64,000 nucleotides of DNA from Azonexus sp. GTDB lineage: Bacteria; Pseudomonadota; Gammaproteobacteria; Burkholderiales; Rhodocyclaceae. Each line of letters opens with the position of its first letter. Positions within the stretch are counted from its first letter, which is position 1. The stretch covers positions 6,257 through 70,256 of the forward strand of contig JAGOBB010000009.1 of the NCBI GenBank assembly GCA_017983615.1, read 5' to 3'. Made by a program: the position numbers and the translations under genes. The notes under the pieces are model-generated. The model saw only the letters and a program-made list of their open reading frames with translations. It ran no database searches and was not told the origin of the DNA. This document shows positions 21,589-31,743 of the stretch, one piece after another.

Positions 21589-21665
21589 GGAGTGGTAGTT
21601 CAGTTGGTTAGAATACCGGCCTGTCACGCCGGGGGTCGCGGGTTCGAGTCCCGTCCACTCCGCCA
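21589..21665 (+). tRNA. tRNA-Asp(GTC)
   Basis: CCGGC CT GTC AC GCCGG, CCA end. Confidence 0.97.
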
Positions 21666-21675
21666 ACCTTTAGAG

Positions 21676-21699
21676 AACCGGATCGTGCCGGTTTTTTTT
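21676..21699 (+). terminator. Terminator between the two tRNA triplets
   Basis: AACCGG-ATCGTG-CCGGTT followed by a T run. Confidence 0.65.
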
Positions 21700-21754
21700 C
21701 GGATTGAAGGCATTTGCCGTCATCCCCGAAATGTAGTTCGGCTGTCTCTCAAAT

Positions 21755-21830
<76 letters not shown>

Positions 21831-21864
21831 GAAGCCGAACTGGCAGTAGATTTTGAAAGTCCGG

Positions 21865-21940
21865 GTCCCCATCGTCTAGAGGCCTAGGACACCGCCCTTT
21901 CACGGCGGTAACCGGGGTTCGAATCCCCGTGGGGACGCCA
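21865..21940 (+). tRNA. tRNA-Glu(TTC), second copy
   Basis: Identical to 21500-21575. Confidence 0.97.
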
Positions 21941-21952
21941 AGCTTTAAGCGC

Positions 21953-22029
21953 GGAGTGGTAGTTCAGTTGGTTAGAATACCGGCCTGTCACGCCGGGGGT
22001 CGCGGGTTCGAGTCCCGTCCACTCCGCCA
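21953..22029 (+). tRNA. tRNA-Asp(GTC), second copy
   Basis: Identical to 21589-21665. Confidence 0.97.
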
Positions 22030-22034
22030 ACGAT

Positions 22035-22072
22035 AAAAGCCCGTTGAATCCTGTCGATTCAACGGGCTTTTT
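22035..22072. terminator. Bidirectional terminator between the tRNAs and fpr
   Basis: AAAAGCCCGTTGAATC-CTGTC-GATTCAACGGGCTTTT. Confidence 0.9.
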
Positions 22073-22086
22073 CCTTTCCTGCCGCC

Positions 22087-22866
22087 TTACTTCTCGACGA
22101 AGGCGCGCTCGATCACGTAGTCGCCGAGTTCCCCGGTGTAGTGCCGGGCGACCTTGAAGCCGCGGGCATCGAGCATGGCTGCCGTATCAGCCAGCATGGC
22201 CGGGCTGCCACAGATCATCGCCCGGTCGGTCGCCGGGTCGAGCGGCGGCTGGCCGATGTCGGCGAACAGCTTGCCGGAGTCGATCAGGTCGGTCAGCCGG
22301 CCTTCATTACGGAAGGATTCACGGGTCACCGTCGGGTAATAGACCAGCTTCTCGCGCGCCCAGTCACCGAAGAACTCGTGGTCGGACAGCTCGTATTCGA
22401 TGTAATCGTGATAGGCCAGTTCGTTGGTCCACCGCACGCCGTGGATCAGGATGATCTTCTCGAACTTCTCATACACCTCGGGATCGTGGATCAGGCTCAT
22501 GAACGGCGCCAGCCCGGTGCCGGTGGCGAACAGGAACAGCCGCTTGCCCGGTTTCAGGTCGTGCAGGACCAGCGTTCCCGTCGGCTTGCGGCTGACGATC
22601 AACGGGTCCCCTGGCTGCAGGTGCTGCAAGCGGGAAGTCAGCGGGCCGTCCGGCACCTTGATGCTGAAGAATTCCAGGTACTCTTCATGGTTGGCGCTGG
22701 CGATGCTGTAGGCGCGCGTCAGCGGCCGGCCCTCGACTTCCAGGCCGATCATCACGAACTGGCCGTTGATGAAGCGCAGGCCGGGATCGCGGGTGGTGCG
22801 GAAGGAGAACAGGCTGTCGTTCCAGTGATGGACGGAGAGGATTTTCTCGGTGGCAAGGACGCTCAT
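22087..22866 (-). CDS. fpr: Ferredoxin--NADP+ reductase
   Basis: RAYSIAS, GPLTSRL, TGTGLAPF, CGSPAM, ERAFVEK. Confidence 0.95.
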   Translation of the reverse strand: MSVLATEKILSVHHWNDSLFSFRTTRDPGLRFINGQFVMIGLEVEGRPLTRAYSIASANHEEYLEFFSIKVPDGPLTSRLQHLQPGDPLIVSRKPTGTLVLHDLKPGKRLFLFATGTGLAPFMSLIHDPEVYEKFEKIILIHGVRWTNELAYHDYIEYELSDHEFFGDWAREKLVYYPTVTRESFRNEGRLTDLIDSGKLFADIGQPPLDPATDRAMICGSPAMLADTAAMLDARGFKVARHYTGELGDYVIERAFVEK

Positions 22867-22968
22867 GACAGGAACCTCGGACGGTGTTTGATGACATGGC
22901 AGAGCATAGGCCTTGAACCATAGATAATTAAGCGGATAATTTCTCTATTCATTAGCGAAATTATCGAT

Positions 22969-23892
22969 ATGCAAATCACCTTGCGCCAGCTTGAAGTCTT
23001 TGCCGCAGTCGCCCGTACCGAAAACGTCAGCCGCGCCGCCCAGGCGCTGGCCATGTCGCAGTCGGCGGCAAGCAGCGCCCTGCTCGAACTGGAGCGCCAG
23101 TTCGACTGCCCGCTGTTCGACCGCATCGGCAAGTCGCTGCACCTCAACAGCACCGGGCGCGGCCTACTGCCGCAAGCCGACGATCTGCTCAGCCGGGCCG
23201 CCGACATCGAGGGCTACCTGGCCGGCGGCGTGCTCGGCCCACTGGCAGTCGGGGCGACGCTGACCATCGGCAATTATCTGGCGACGCTGATTGCCGCCGA
23301 CTACCTGCAACGACACCCGGCTGCCAAGTTGCGCCTGCACGTTGCCAACACGCACGACATCGCCGGGCAACTGGCCCGCTTCGAGCTGGATATCGGCCTG
23401 ATCGAGGGCGAGGTCGACAACCCTGATCTGGTGCTCGAACCCTGGCTGGAGGACGCCCTGGTCGTCTTTTGCGCCCCGCAGCATCCGCTGGCCGCCGCCG
23501 GCAACGCCGATAGCCAGCGCCTGGCCGACCAGCCGTGGATCCTGCGGGAACAGGGCTCGGGGACGCGGGCGCTGTTCGACCAGGTCATCGCGCGGCATCT
23601 TCCCGGCTTGAACATCCGGCTCGAACTGGAACATACCGAGGCGATCAAGCGAACCGTGGAATCGGGACTCGGCGTTGGTTGCCTGTCGCGGCTGGCGCTG
23701 CGCGAAGCTTTCAGGCGCGGCAGCCTGGTCGAAATCCCGACGCCGCAATTCGACCTGCGTCGCCACTTTTATTTCGCCCACCACCGGCAGCGCCCGATCA
23801 GCCCGGCGACCCGGGAATTTCTCGCGCTGTGCCGCGAAATGAGCGCTGCAGCCGCCGACACCGACGCCCTTCCGCTGCCCTTCATCGCCTGA
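22969..23892 (+). CDS. finR: LysR-family regulator (FinR-like, divergent from fpr)
   Basis: TLRQLEVF..SQSAASSAL HTH, GATLTIGNYL, REQGSGTR; fpr-divergent arrangement. Confidence 0.8.
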   Translation: MQITLRQLEVFAAVARTENVSRAAQALAMSQSAASSALLELERQFDCPLFDRIGKSLHLNSTGRGLLPQADDLLSRAADIEGYLAGGVLGPLAVGATLTIGNYLATLIAADYLQRHPAAKLRLHVANTHDIAGQLARFELDIGLIEGEVDNPDLVLEPWLEDALVVFCAPQHPLAAAGNADSQRLADQPWILREQGSGTRALFDQVIARHLPGLNIRLELEHTEAIKRTVESGLGVGCLSRLALREAFRRGSLVEIPTPQFDLRRHFYFAHHRQRPISPATREFLALCREMSAAAADTDALPLPFIA

Positions 23893-23908
23893 ACGACGCG
23901 CCCCCGGC

Positions 23909-23922
23909 AAATGCTACGGTCG
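23909..23922 (+). repeat. Dispersed motif copy 6
   Basis: AAATGCTACGGTCG atgcc AAAAAA cacc ATATTTT; 16 nt after the LysR stop. Confidence 0.9.
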
Positions 23923-24060
23923 ATGCCAAAAAACACCATATTTTCAAATCGATAAGGCAAATCCGCATCGCCTCCCCTCAGTCCGGAACGCGCTCCGCCC
24001 GGCCGGCTCGGGTATAATCACCGGTTTGGCCGACCCCGTTCGCGAGGAGCTTCACCCCCC

Positions 24061-25572
24061 ATGCCGTACCGCAACGTTCTGTCGCTTGCCCGCTGTCTTG
24101 CCGCCATTGCCATGGGTATCGCCACAGTCACGCTGGCCGCCCCTGCAGTGGCTGACGATTCCCAGGACAAATCCTCCCTCCTGTCGCTGTCACCGATGTT
24201 GCGCTTGGCCCCGGAAGCCGCTGCCGGCCCGGCCGACGACACGCTGACCGTCCATGAAATCCGCGGCGCGCCGCAGTTGCCGCACACCATCGACCTGACG
24301 GTGCAATCGACCAACCTGTGGGAGCGCATCCGCAACGGTTTTGCGATGGCCGATCTCAACGACGATCTGGTCCTCCATTACCAGCAGTGGTACCAGAATC
24401 GCCCGGATGCCCTGCGCCGCATGGTCGAACGCAGCCGCCCCTACCTCCACCACATCGTCGAGGAACTGGAAGCGCGCGGCATGCCGACCGAACTGGCCCT
24501 GCTGCCAATGGTCGAGAGTTCGTTCAATCCCAACGCCTATTCGCCGGCCCATGCCGCCGGCCTGTGGCAGTTCATCCCGGCCACCGGCAAGCGCTTCAAC
24601 CTGGCGCAAAACTGGTGGCGCGACGACCGCCGCGACATCGTCGCCTCGACCGGCGCCGCGCTCGATTACCTGCAAACCATCTACGACATGCATGGCGACT
24701 GGCATCTGGCGCTGGCCTCGTACAACTGGGGCGAAGGCGCGGTCAAGCGCGCAATCACCAAGAACGAGGCGCGCGGCCTGCCGACTGACTATCCCAATCT
24801 GACGATGCCCAACGAAACCCGGCATTACGTCCCCAAGCTACAGGCCTTGAAAAACATTTTCGGCAATCCGGCGTTGATCGCCCGGCTCGACCTGCCCTTC
24901 ATCTCCAACGAGCCCTACTTCGCGACGTTGGAAACAAGCCGGCCGATCGACGTCAAGACCGCGGCGCGCCTGGCCAACATGTCGCTGGAAGAATTCCAGC
25001 GCCTTAACCCCTCACACAACCGCCCGATCATCGCCCCGGACACTTCGGTCGTCATTCCCGCTGACAAGCTGGACACCTTCCGGGACAACCTGCAGAACAG
25101 CCAGACGCCGCTGACCCAGTGGCAGGCCTATACGGTCACATCGGCCGAACGCCTGACGCAGATCGCCGCCCGCTTCGACACCACCGCCGCCGAACTGGCC
25201 CGCATCAACGGCCTGGCCGCGAATGTCCGCCTCGGCGCCGGCTCGACGCTGCTGGTCCCGGGCAATGGCCTGGGCCTGCGCAACCTGCTCAGCACGGCGG
25301 CGCCACAGCACATCATCGAACCGGAACGGACCGCCCGAGGATGTGGCAAGGCCGGGAAACGCGCCGCCAAGCCCTGCGTAGCAGCAAAGGCCGGCAACAA
25401 AGTCGCGGGCACTACCAGGGTGGTCAAAGGAAACAGCAAGCCCGTCGCGAGCGCCGGAGCGCCGGTCAAGGCCAAGGCCGCCAGCGCAAAGCCAGCCAAA
25501 GGTGGCGCTGCCAGCAAACCGGCCAAAGGGCCGGCCAAGGTCACAAAACCCAGCCCGGGCAAGCGCGGCTGA
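24061..25572 (+). CDS. mltD: MltD-like lytic transglycosylase with LysM-like domain and Lys/Ala/Pro-rich tail
   Basis: LPMVESSF, AAGLWQFIP, LASYNWGEG, ETRHYVPK. Confidence 0.85.
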   Translation: MPYRNVLSLARCLAAIAMGIATVTLAAPAVADDSQDKSSLLSLSPMLRLAPEAAAGPADDTLTVHEIRGAPQLPHTIDLTVQSTNLWERIRNGFAMADLNDDLVLHYQQWYQNRPDALRRMVERSRPYLHHIVEELEARGMPTELALLPMVESSFNPNAYSPAHAAGLWQFIPATGKRFNLAQNWWRDDRRDIVASTGAALDYLQTIYDMHGDWHLALASYNWGEGAVKRAITKNEARGLPTDYPNLTMPNETRHYVPKLQALKNIFGNPALIARLDLPFISNEPYFATLETSRPIDVKTAARLANMSLEEFQRLNPSHNRPIIAPDTSVVIPADKLDTFRDNLQNSQTPLTQWQAYTVTSAERLTQIAARFDTTAAELARINGLAANVRLGAGSTLLVPGNGLGLRNLLSTAAPQHIIEPERTARGCGKAGKRAAKPCVAAKAGNKVAGTTRVVKGNSKPVASAGAPVKAKAASAKPAKGGAASKPAKGPAKVTKPSPGKRG

Positions 25573-25573
25573 T

Positions 25574-27550
25574 TCAGCCGGCCAGGTGACAGCTCACCGT
25601 ATGCGTCCCTGAAATATCCGTCGTCGCCGGATAGCGCTGGCGGCAAACGTCCATCGCCATCGGGCAGCGCGGATGAAAATGGCAGCCGGCCGGCGGATTG
25701 GCCGGCGACGGCGTTTCGCCTGGCAGGCGGATGACCGCCTGAGCACCTTCCAGACGCGGCACCGGCACCGCCGACAACAGCGCCTGCGTGTAAGGGTGCT
25801 GCGGCGAGCGCAGCACATCCTCGGCCCGCCCCCGTTCGACAATCCGCCCGAGATACATGACCGCCACGTCGTGCGCCAGGTATTCGACCACCGCAAAATT
25901 GTGGGTGATGAACAGGTAAGCGACACCCAACTCGCCCTGCAGTTTCTTCAGCAGGTTGAGAATCTGCGCCTGGACCGAAACATCGAGCGCCGACGTCGGT
26001 TCGTCGCAGATCAACAGTTCCGGCTGCACAGCCAGGGCACGGGCGACTGCGATGCGCTGGCGCTGGCCGCCGGAGAATTCGTGGGGGTAACGCTCGGCGG
26101 CATCGGTCGGCAAACCGACCTGCTGCAGCAAGGCAGCGACCGCCGCGCTACGCGCCGTCAAGTCGGCTTCGATGCCGAGCGCCCCCATGCCTTCGGCGAT
26201 GATCTCGCCGACCCGCAACCGTGGGTTCAAGGAGGCGAATGGATCCTGGAAAACCATCTGCATGTGGCGACGAGCGCCGCGCAGGCGTTTGCCCTTGAGG
26301 CCAACCAGTTCGCCGCCGCCGAGCTTGACGCTGCCGGCAGTCGGCGCGATCAACTGGAGCAGCGCTTTGCCGACTGTCGTCTTGCCGCAGCCGGATTCGC
26401 CGACCAGGGCCAGCGTGCGGCCAGCGGCGATAGCCAGCGAGACGCCATCCACGGCCCGGACATGGCCGACCGTGCGCTGCAGGAAACCCTTGCGGATGGG
26501 GAAATGCACCTTGAGGTCGGCGACTTCGAGGAAAGCCCGGCCCGGATCGATGTCGAGTTCAGTGACCGCGTGGCCGGTGCCGTTGACCGCCGCAGCCTCG
26601 CCCCGCCAGTGGCAGCGGACCGTGTGCGCCGCGCCGGCCTCGCGCCAGTCCGGCGATTGCTCGCGGCAGACCGCCATGACGTGCGGACAGCGATCGGCAA
26701 AGCGGCAGCCAGCGGGCATTGCAGCTAGCGGGGGCACCTGGCCGGGAATGGTGGTCAGGCGCAGGCCGCGCCGGGAGATGTCGGGCAAGGCCGCGAACAG
26801 CGCCTGGGTGTAGGGATGGTGTGGCCGGCTGAAGAATTCCTCGCGGCTGGCCACTTCGACCAGCTCACCGGCGTACATGACGCCGATGCGATGGGCCATG
26901 CGGGCGACGACGCCGAGGTCATGGGTGATCAGCAGCATGCCCATGCCGCGCTCGGCCTGGATCTTGGCCAGCAGATCGAGGATCTGCGCCTGGACAGTGA
27001 CATCCAGCGCGGTAGTCGGCTCATCGGCGATCAGCAGTTCCGGTTCCCCGGCCAGCGCGATGGCGATCATCACCCGCTGCTTCATGCCACCCGAGAACTG
27101 GAACGGATATTCGGTCAGCCGCCGTTCCGGATCGGCGATGCCGACCTGGCGCAGCAGGTCGACCATGCGTTCGGTCGCCGCCGCCCCGCGCAGGCCGAGG
27201 TGGCGTTCCAGCACTTCGCCGATCTGCTGGCCGACGGTGAGCACCGGATTGAGGCTGGTCGCCGGCTCCTGGAAGATCATCGCCATCTTGCCGCCGCGGT
27301 AGGCGCGCATGTCGGCTTCGGAGAGGGCGAGCAGATTCGTTCCGTCGAGTTCGACCCGGCCGCCGAGGATGCGCCCGGCCGCCGGCAGCAGGCGCATGAT
27401 GCCCTGCGCAGTGGCCGACTTGCCGCAGCCCGATTCGCCGAGCAGGGCGAAGGTCTCGCCCTGGGCGATGGCGAAGGAAATGCCGTCGACCGCGGCCAGT
27501 GCCTGCTTGCCGGCCATGAAGCCCAAACGCAGGTTATCGACTTTCAACAT
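25574..27550 (-). CDS. Peptide ABC transporter ATP-binding protein (fused DppD/DppF type)
   Basis: Two GESGCGK Walker A motifs, [20 protein letters not shown], oligo_HPY C-termini; ATG overlaps the upstream stop. Confidence 0.92.
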   Translation of the reverse strand: MLKVDNLRLGFMAGKQALAAVDGISFAIAQGETFALLGESGCGKSATAQGIMRLLPAAGRILGGRVELDGTNLLALSEADMRAYRGGKMAMIFQEPATSLNPVLTVGQQIGEVLERHLGLRGAAATERMVDLLRQVGIADPERRLTEYPFQFSGGMKQRVMIAIALAGEPELLIADEPTTALDVTVQAQILDLLAKIQAERGMGMLLITHDLGVVARMAHRIGVMYAGELVEVASREEFFSRPHHPYTQALFAALPDISRRGLRLTTIPGQVPPLAAMPAGCRFADRCPHVMAVCREQSPDWREAGAAHTVRCHWRGEAAAVNGTGHAVTELDIDPGRAFLEVADLKVHFPIRKGFLQRTVGHVRAVDGVSLAIAAGRTLALVGESGCGKTTVGKALLQLIAPTAGSVKLGGGELVGLKGKRLRGARRHMQMVFQDPFASLNPRLRVGEIIAEGMGALGIEADLTARSAAVAALLQQVGLPTDAAERYPHEFSGGQRQRIAVARALAVQPELLICDEPTSALDVSVQAQILNLLKKLQGELGVAYLFITHNFAVVEYLAHDVAVMYLGRIVERGRAEDVLRSPQHPYTQALLSAVPVPRLEGAQAVIRLPGETPSPANPPAGCHFHPRCPMAMDVCRQRYPATTDISGTHTVSCHLAG

Positions 27551-28950
27551 CAGGCAGCCCTCGGGTCGAAAGCGTCGCGCACGGCGTCGGCGAACAGGTT
27601 GGCGGCGAGCACCAGCACGAACATCGCCGCGAAGGCGGCGGCCAGCGACCACCAGACGACCGGCTCGCGGCCCAGTTCCATGCGGGCGTTGTTGATCATC
27701 GTGCCGAAGCTGGTCATCGTCGGATCGACGCCGATGCCGACGTAGGACAGCACCGCCTCGGCCAGCACCAGCCCGGAGAAATCCATGACCAGCGCGATGA
27801 TCACGATGTGCATCAGGTTGGGCAGGATGTGGCGGACGATGATCCGCCAGCTCGACACCCCGAAGGCTTGCGCCGCCTGGATGTATTCGAGTTCGCGCAG
27901 CTTCAGCGTCTCGCCGCGCAGCAGCCGGCACAGCCCGGTCCATGACGTGATGCCGAGGATGAAACAAAGCGCCAGCAGGCGCAGGTCGGCACGCTCGGCG
28001 GCAGTCGAAAACCACTCGGGATGGCTGTCGATGACCACCTGCATCATCAGCACGGCGGCGGCGATCAGCAGCACGCCGGGGATCGAGTTGAGCACGGTGT
28101 AGATGTACTGGATCACGTCATCGACCCAGCCGCGGAAATAGCCGGCGACGATGCCGAGCAACACGGCCATCGGCAACATGACCAGCGTCGTGACCAGACC
28201 GATGATCAGCCCGGTGCGCACGCTTTTGAGGATTTGATAGAGCACGTCCTGGCCGACCTTGTCGGTGCCGAAGACGTGGTACTGGCCGGCCAGCCAGAAC
28301 AGCGGCACGGCAGTCAGCAGGATCAGCGCCAGCGTGCCAAGGACCGCATCCCAGGCGAAGCCGGATTCACCGGACAACGGTTTTTGCCCTTTTTTCGGGC
28401 CGACCGTAGCATTCTGCCTGAGGGCGGCGACCGCGCCGAAAATAGCCAGCCAGGCGACAAAAGCCAGCACACCGGCCTTGAAGGCGGTGAACCCGGCATC
28501 GGCCGCCACTTCGTCCTCGCGCTCGCCGAGATGCTTGCCGCCGTGCTTCAGCCGCGGGTATTCGCGCACCGGCCCCTGCCCCGGCACGTCGATGGTTTCC
28601 TTGGCGTAGAGCCGCGTCGCAAACGGTTCGGAATAGGTCTTTTCATTGCGCAAACGCAGCGGCAAAGCCAGTGCATCGAGCACCGACAGCACCTCGACTG
28701 CGTAGCTCGCCTTCTGGCCAGGCTTGCCGTCCAGTTGCACGCGGTAATGCAGCGAGTCGAGCAGACCGATCGACACGAAGGCGACCAGCACGGTGGCCGA
28801 GGCCATGCCGACCCGATTGGCACCGACCCGCCGCCAGGCGGCGAGCAGCGGCGGATTGCGGGCGATCAGCACGCCCAGCGCGATCCCGGCTGCCACCAGC
28901 AGCCAGATCAGCACATCCGACCAGAGAACGACGACCTGAAAGCCCATCAT
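27550..28950 (-). CDS. Peptide ABC transporter permease (DppC type)
   Basis: FGTDKVGQDV, EYIQAAQAFG, RHILPN. Confidence 0.9.
   Translation of the reverse strand: MMGFQVVVLWSDVLIWLLVAAGIALGVLIARNPPLLAAWRRVGANRVGMASATVLVAFVSIGLLDSLHYRVQLDGKPGQKASYAVEVLSVLDALALPLRLRNEKTYSEPFATRLYAKETIDVPGQGPVREYPRLKHGGKHLGEREDEVAADAGFTAFKAGVLAFVAWLAIFGAVAALRQNATVGPKKGQKPLSGESGFAWDAVLGTLALILLTAVPLFWLAGQYHVFGTDKVGQDVLYQILKSVRTGLIIGLVTTLVMLPMAVLLGIVAGYFRGWVDDVIQYIYTVLNSIPGVLLIAAAVLMMQVVIDSHPEWFSTAAERADLRLLALCFILGITSWTGLCRLLRGETLKLRELEYIQAAQAFGVSSWRIIVRHILPNLMHIVIIALVMDFSGLVLAEAVLSYVGIGVDPTMTSFGTMINNARMELGREPVVWWSLAAAFAAMFVLVLAANLFADAVRDAFDPRAA
28401..28414 (-). repeat. Dispersed motif copy 7
   Basis: GAATGCTACGGTCG gcccg AAAAAA gggc AAAAA; in a permease loop (NATVGPKKGQK). 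Confidence 0.9.
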
Positions 28951-29924
28951 TCGAAGCGTATCCGCGGATCAACCAGCGTGTAGGAAATGTCGGTCAGGAT
29001 CAGGCCGACGATGTAGAGCACCGAGCCGATGAAGACCATGGAGCGGACGACGGAGAAATCCTGGGCGTTGATCGCCTCGATGGTGTAGCTGCCCAAGCCG
29101 GGAATGCCGAAGAAGGATTCGGTCAGCAGCGAGCCCATGAAAAGCAGCGGAATGACCACGACGACGCCGGTCAGGATCGGGATCAGTGCATTGCGGAGGA
29201 TGTGGCGGAAAAAGACGATGGTTTCCGGCAGGCCCTTGGCGCGGGCCGTACGCACGTAATCCTTGCTGACTTCCTCGAGGAAAATGGTCCGGTACCAGCG
29301 CGTCGACGAACCGATGCCGGAAATCACCCCGATCACCACCGGCAGGATCAGGAAGCGCCACGCCTCCAGCCCACCCCCGTAGCCGGAAATTGGCACTAGC
29401 CGCCAGATCTTGCTGATCAGGTACTGCCCGCCGATGATGTAGAACAGGCCGGAAATCGACATCGCCGCCACGCACAGCACGACACCCCAGAAATCGAAGG
29501 CGGTGGCGCGGAAGAAGGCCAGCGTCAGCGCAAACGTCACCGTCACGAACAGCCCAAGAATGAAGGTCGGCAGCGCGATGGCCAGCGACGGCAGCATCCG
29601 GTTGCCAATCTCGCGGGCGATGTCGCGGCCGTCCTCGGCGCGGCCAAAATCGCCGACGAACATGCGCGCCGATTTCTGGAAAAAAATGGTATCGACCGTA
29701 GCATTCAGCCCGCTCGCCTCGCTGTTCCACAACAGCGGCTTGTCGTAGCCACGCTCGACCTTCCATTTCTGGATTGCCTCCGGCGTCACCCGCTTGACGC
29801 CCAGCTGCATGCGCGCCATGTCATCCGGCGTATTGACGACGAAGAACAGCGCGAAGGTGATCAGATTCACCCCGATCAAAATCGGCAGCGCGTAGAGCAG
29901 GCGGCGAACAATGTAAGCAAGCAT
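28947..29924 (-). CDS. Peptide ABC transporter permease (DppB type)
   Basis: MLAYIVRRLL, DYVRTARAKGL, RHILRNA, DPRI. Confidence 0.92.
   Translation of the reverse strand: MLAYIVRRLLYALPILIGVNLITFALFFVVNTPDDMARMQLGVKRVTPEAIQKWKVERGYDKPLLWNSEASGLNATVDTIFFQKSARMFVGDFGRAEDGRDIAREIGNRMLPSLAIALPTFILGLFVTVTFALTLAFFRATAFDFWGVVLCVAAMSISGLFYIIGGQYLISKIWRLVPISGYGGGLEAWRFLILPVVIGVISGIGSSTRWYRTIFLEEVSKDYVRTARAKGLPETIVFFRHILRNALIPILTGVVVVIPLLFMGSLLTESFFGIPGLGSYTIEAINAQDFSVVRSMVFIGSVLYIVGLILTDISYTLVDPRIRFE
29693..29706 (-). repeat. Dispersed motif copy 8
   Basis: GAATGCTACGGTCG atacc ATTTTTTT cc AGAAAT; in the permease (NATVDTIFFQK). Confidence 0.9.
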
Positions 29925-30129
29925 TGGCCCGATTATGCCAAGAGCCGGCCGGGAATGGCGAGGACTATGCATGGGCGGCCTGGCGCCAACATTCTCGATT
30001 GACATGAATTGAAGAGCACGGCGATACTCACCCCGGCGCCACCCTTGCCGCAACAACCCGGAGCCGGCGCCATCCGGAATCGTCCGCCGGCCACCGGTGA
30101 CACGCCCGGCGGCAGTATCCACAGCTATC

Positions 30130-31743
30130 ATGAACTGGAATCCGGTCCTCCCCGTCCTCGAGCAAAGTCGCCGCACGCCCGACCGGCTGGCGCTTTTTGC
30201 CGACGGCGTCGAGCTGAGCTATGGCGAACTCGCGCGCCGGGCCGCACGCCTGGCGGCGGCGCTGGGCGAACAGGGCATAGGCCGGGGCAGCCGCGTCGGC
30301 ATCCTTGGCTCGCGCAGCCTGATCGCGGTCGAAGCGGTCCTTGGCGTCGCCTGGTGCGGCGCCACCTACGTCCCGCTCGGCCTGCGCTGGCCCGAAGATA
30401 GAATCAATACGGTAGTCTCCCTGACCAAGCTGGATGCGCTGATTGCCGATCGCAGCGGCGCCGCGCTGCTCACTGCAGACATGCTGGCCAACATCAGGAT
30501 TCTGGCACTGCCTGCGGATGCCCCGGCGGAAATACCGCCGGGTAGCGCAGAGCGCGTTGTAATCAGGGTGGACGGACATGACGGCAGCGAATCGCCGCAC
30601 GCTTCCGCACCATTCCCCGAGCCAGCGGAGATGTCCGCCAATGACCAGGTCTACGTCATCTTCACGTCAGGCACTACCGGCGTCCCGAAAGGCGTGATGG
30701 TGGCGAGCGCATCACTGGCTACCTACCTCGCTGCCCTGGGCGCACGCAAGGCGATGACGCCCGACGACCGTGCCTCGCACTTCACCGAATTGAGCTTTGA
30801 TCCGTCAGTCGGCGAGATTTTCTTGCCGCTCTACGTCGGCGCATCGCTGCATGTGCTTCCTGCGCTCAGCACAGTGTCACCAGCACGTTTCATCCGTGAT
30901 CGCCAGCTTACCGTCTGGGGATCGGCCCCGGCGGCCATTGCCTGGCTGCGCGACACCCGCTCCCTGCAGCCCGGGTCGCTGCCGACGCTGCGTTACAGTT
31001 CCTTCGGCGGCGAACCCTTGCCGCTCGCTTCCGTGCGTGCCTGGCAGGCGGCGGCGCCGAACAGCGTGGTCGACAACCTCTATGGCCCGACCGAGGCGAC
31101 GGTCGACTGCGCCGGCCAGCGGGTGGAGCCGGGAGCGACGCCGGTGGTTACGCCGGAACGCGGCGTCCTGGCGATAGGTACCCCCCACCCCGGCAGCGAA
31201 CTCGCCGTATTCAGTCCGGATCGGCGCCCACTGCCGTGCGGCGAAGTCGGAGAACTCGGCATTGCCGGCCGGCAGCTGGCAGTAGGCTATTTCGAGGCGC
31301 CCGGCCTGACCGCCGAGCGCTATCCGGTCATCGACGGCAAGCGATGGTTTCTCACCGGCGACCTCGCAATGCAGGATGCAGCCGGCCTGTTCCATCACTT
31401 CGGCCGTCTCGACAACCAGATCAAGATTCACGGCCATCGTGTCGAACTCGAAGAAATTGAGGCCCACCTGCGCGCCGTGACCCAGAATGACCAAGTAGCA
31501 GCTGTAGCCTGGCCAGTGGTAGACGGCGTGGCCCTGTCTATCGTCGCCTTCGTCGCAACCTGCGGGATTCCACCCAACAAGATCCGCGAAGCGCTGCGCA
31601 AGCGGCTGCCGCCGCACATGGTGCCGTCCACCATCCACGAACTTGCAACACTGCCGCTCAATACCACGGGCAAACTGGACCGGCGGGCGCTGATCGACCG
31701 CCTCCAGACCCGCAAGCCCGACGACGAGGCACTCCTTGGCTGA
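30130..31743 (+). CDS. Stand-alone amino acid adenylation domain (DltA-like)
   Basis: YVIFTSGTTGVPKG, SFD, NLYGPTE, TGDL, GRLDNQIKIHGHRVELEEIE, PLNTTGKLDR. Confidence 0.92.
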   Translation: MNWNPVLPVLEQSRRTPDRLALFADGVELSYGELARRAARLAAALGEQGIGRGSRVGILGSRSLIAVEAVLGVAWCGATYVPLGLRWPEDRINTVVSLTKLDALIADRSGAALLTADMLANIRILALPADAPAEIPPGSAERVVIRVDGHDGSESPHASAPFPEPAEMSANDQVYVIFTSGTTGVPKGVMVASASLATYLAALGARKAMTPDDRASHFTELSFDPSVGEIFLPLYVGASLHVLPALSTVSPARFIRDRQLTVWGSAPAAIAWLRDTRSLQPGSLPTLRYSSFGGEPLPLASVRAWQAAAPNSVVDNLYGPTEATVDCAGQRVEPGATPVVTPERGVLAIGTPHPGSELAVFSPDRRPLPCGEVGELGIAGRQLAVGYFEAPGLTAERYPVIDGKRWFLTGDLAMQDAAGLFHHFGRLDNQIKIHGHRVELEEIEAHLRAVTQNDQVAAVAWPVVDGVALSIVAFVATCGIPPNKIREALRKRLPPHMVPSTIHELATLPLNTTGKLDRRALIDRLQTRKPDDEALLG

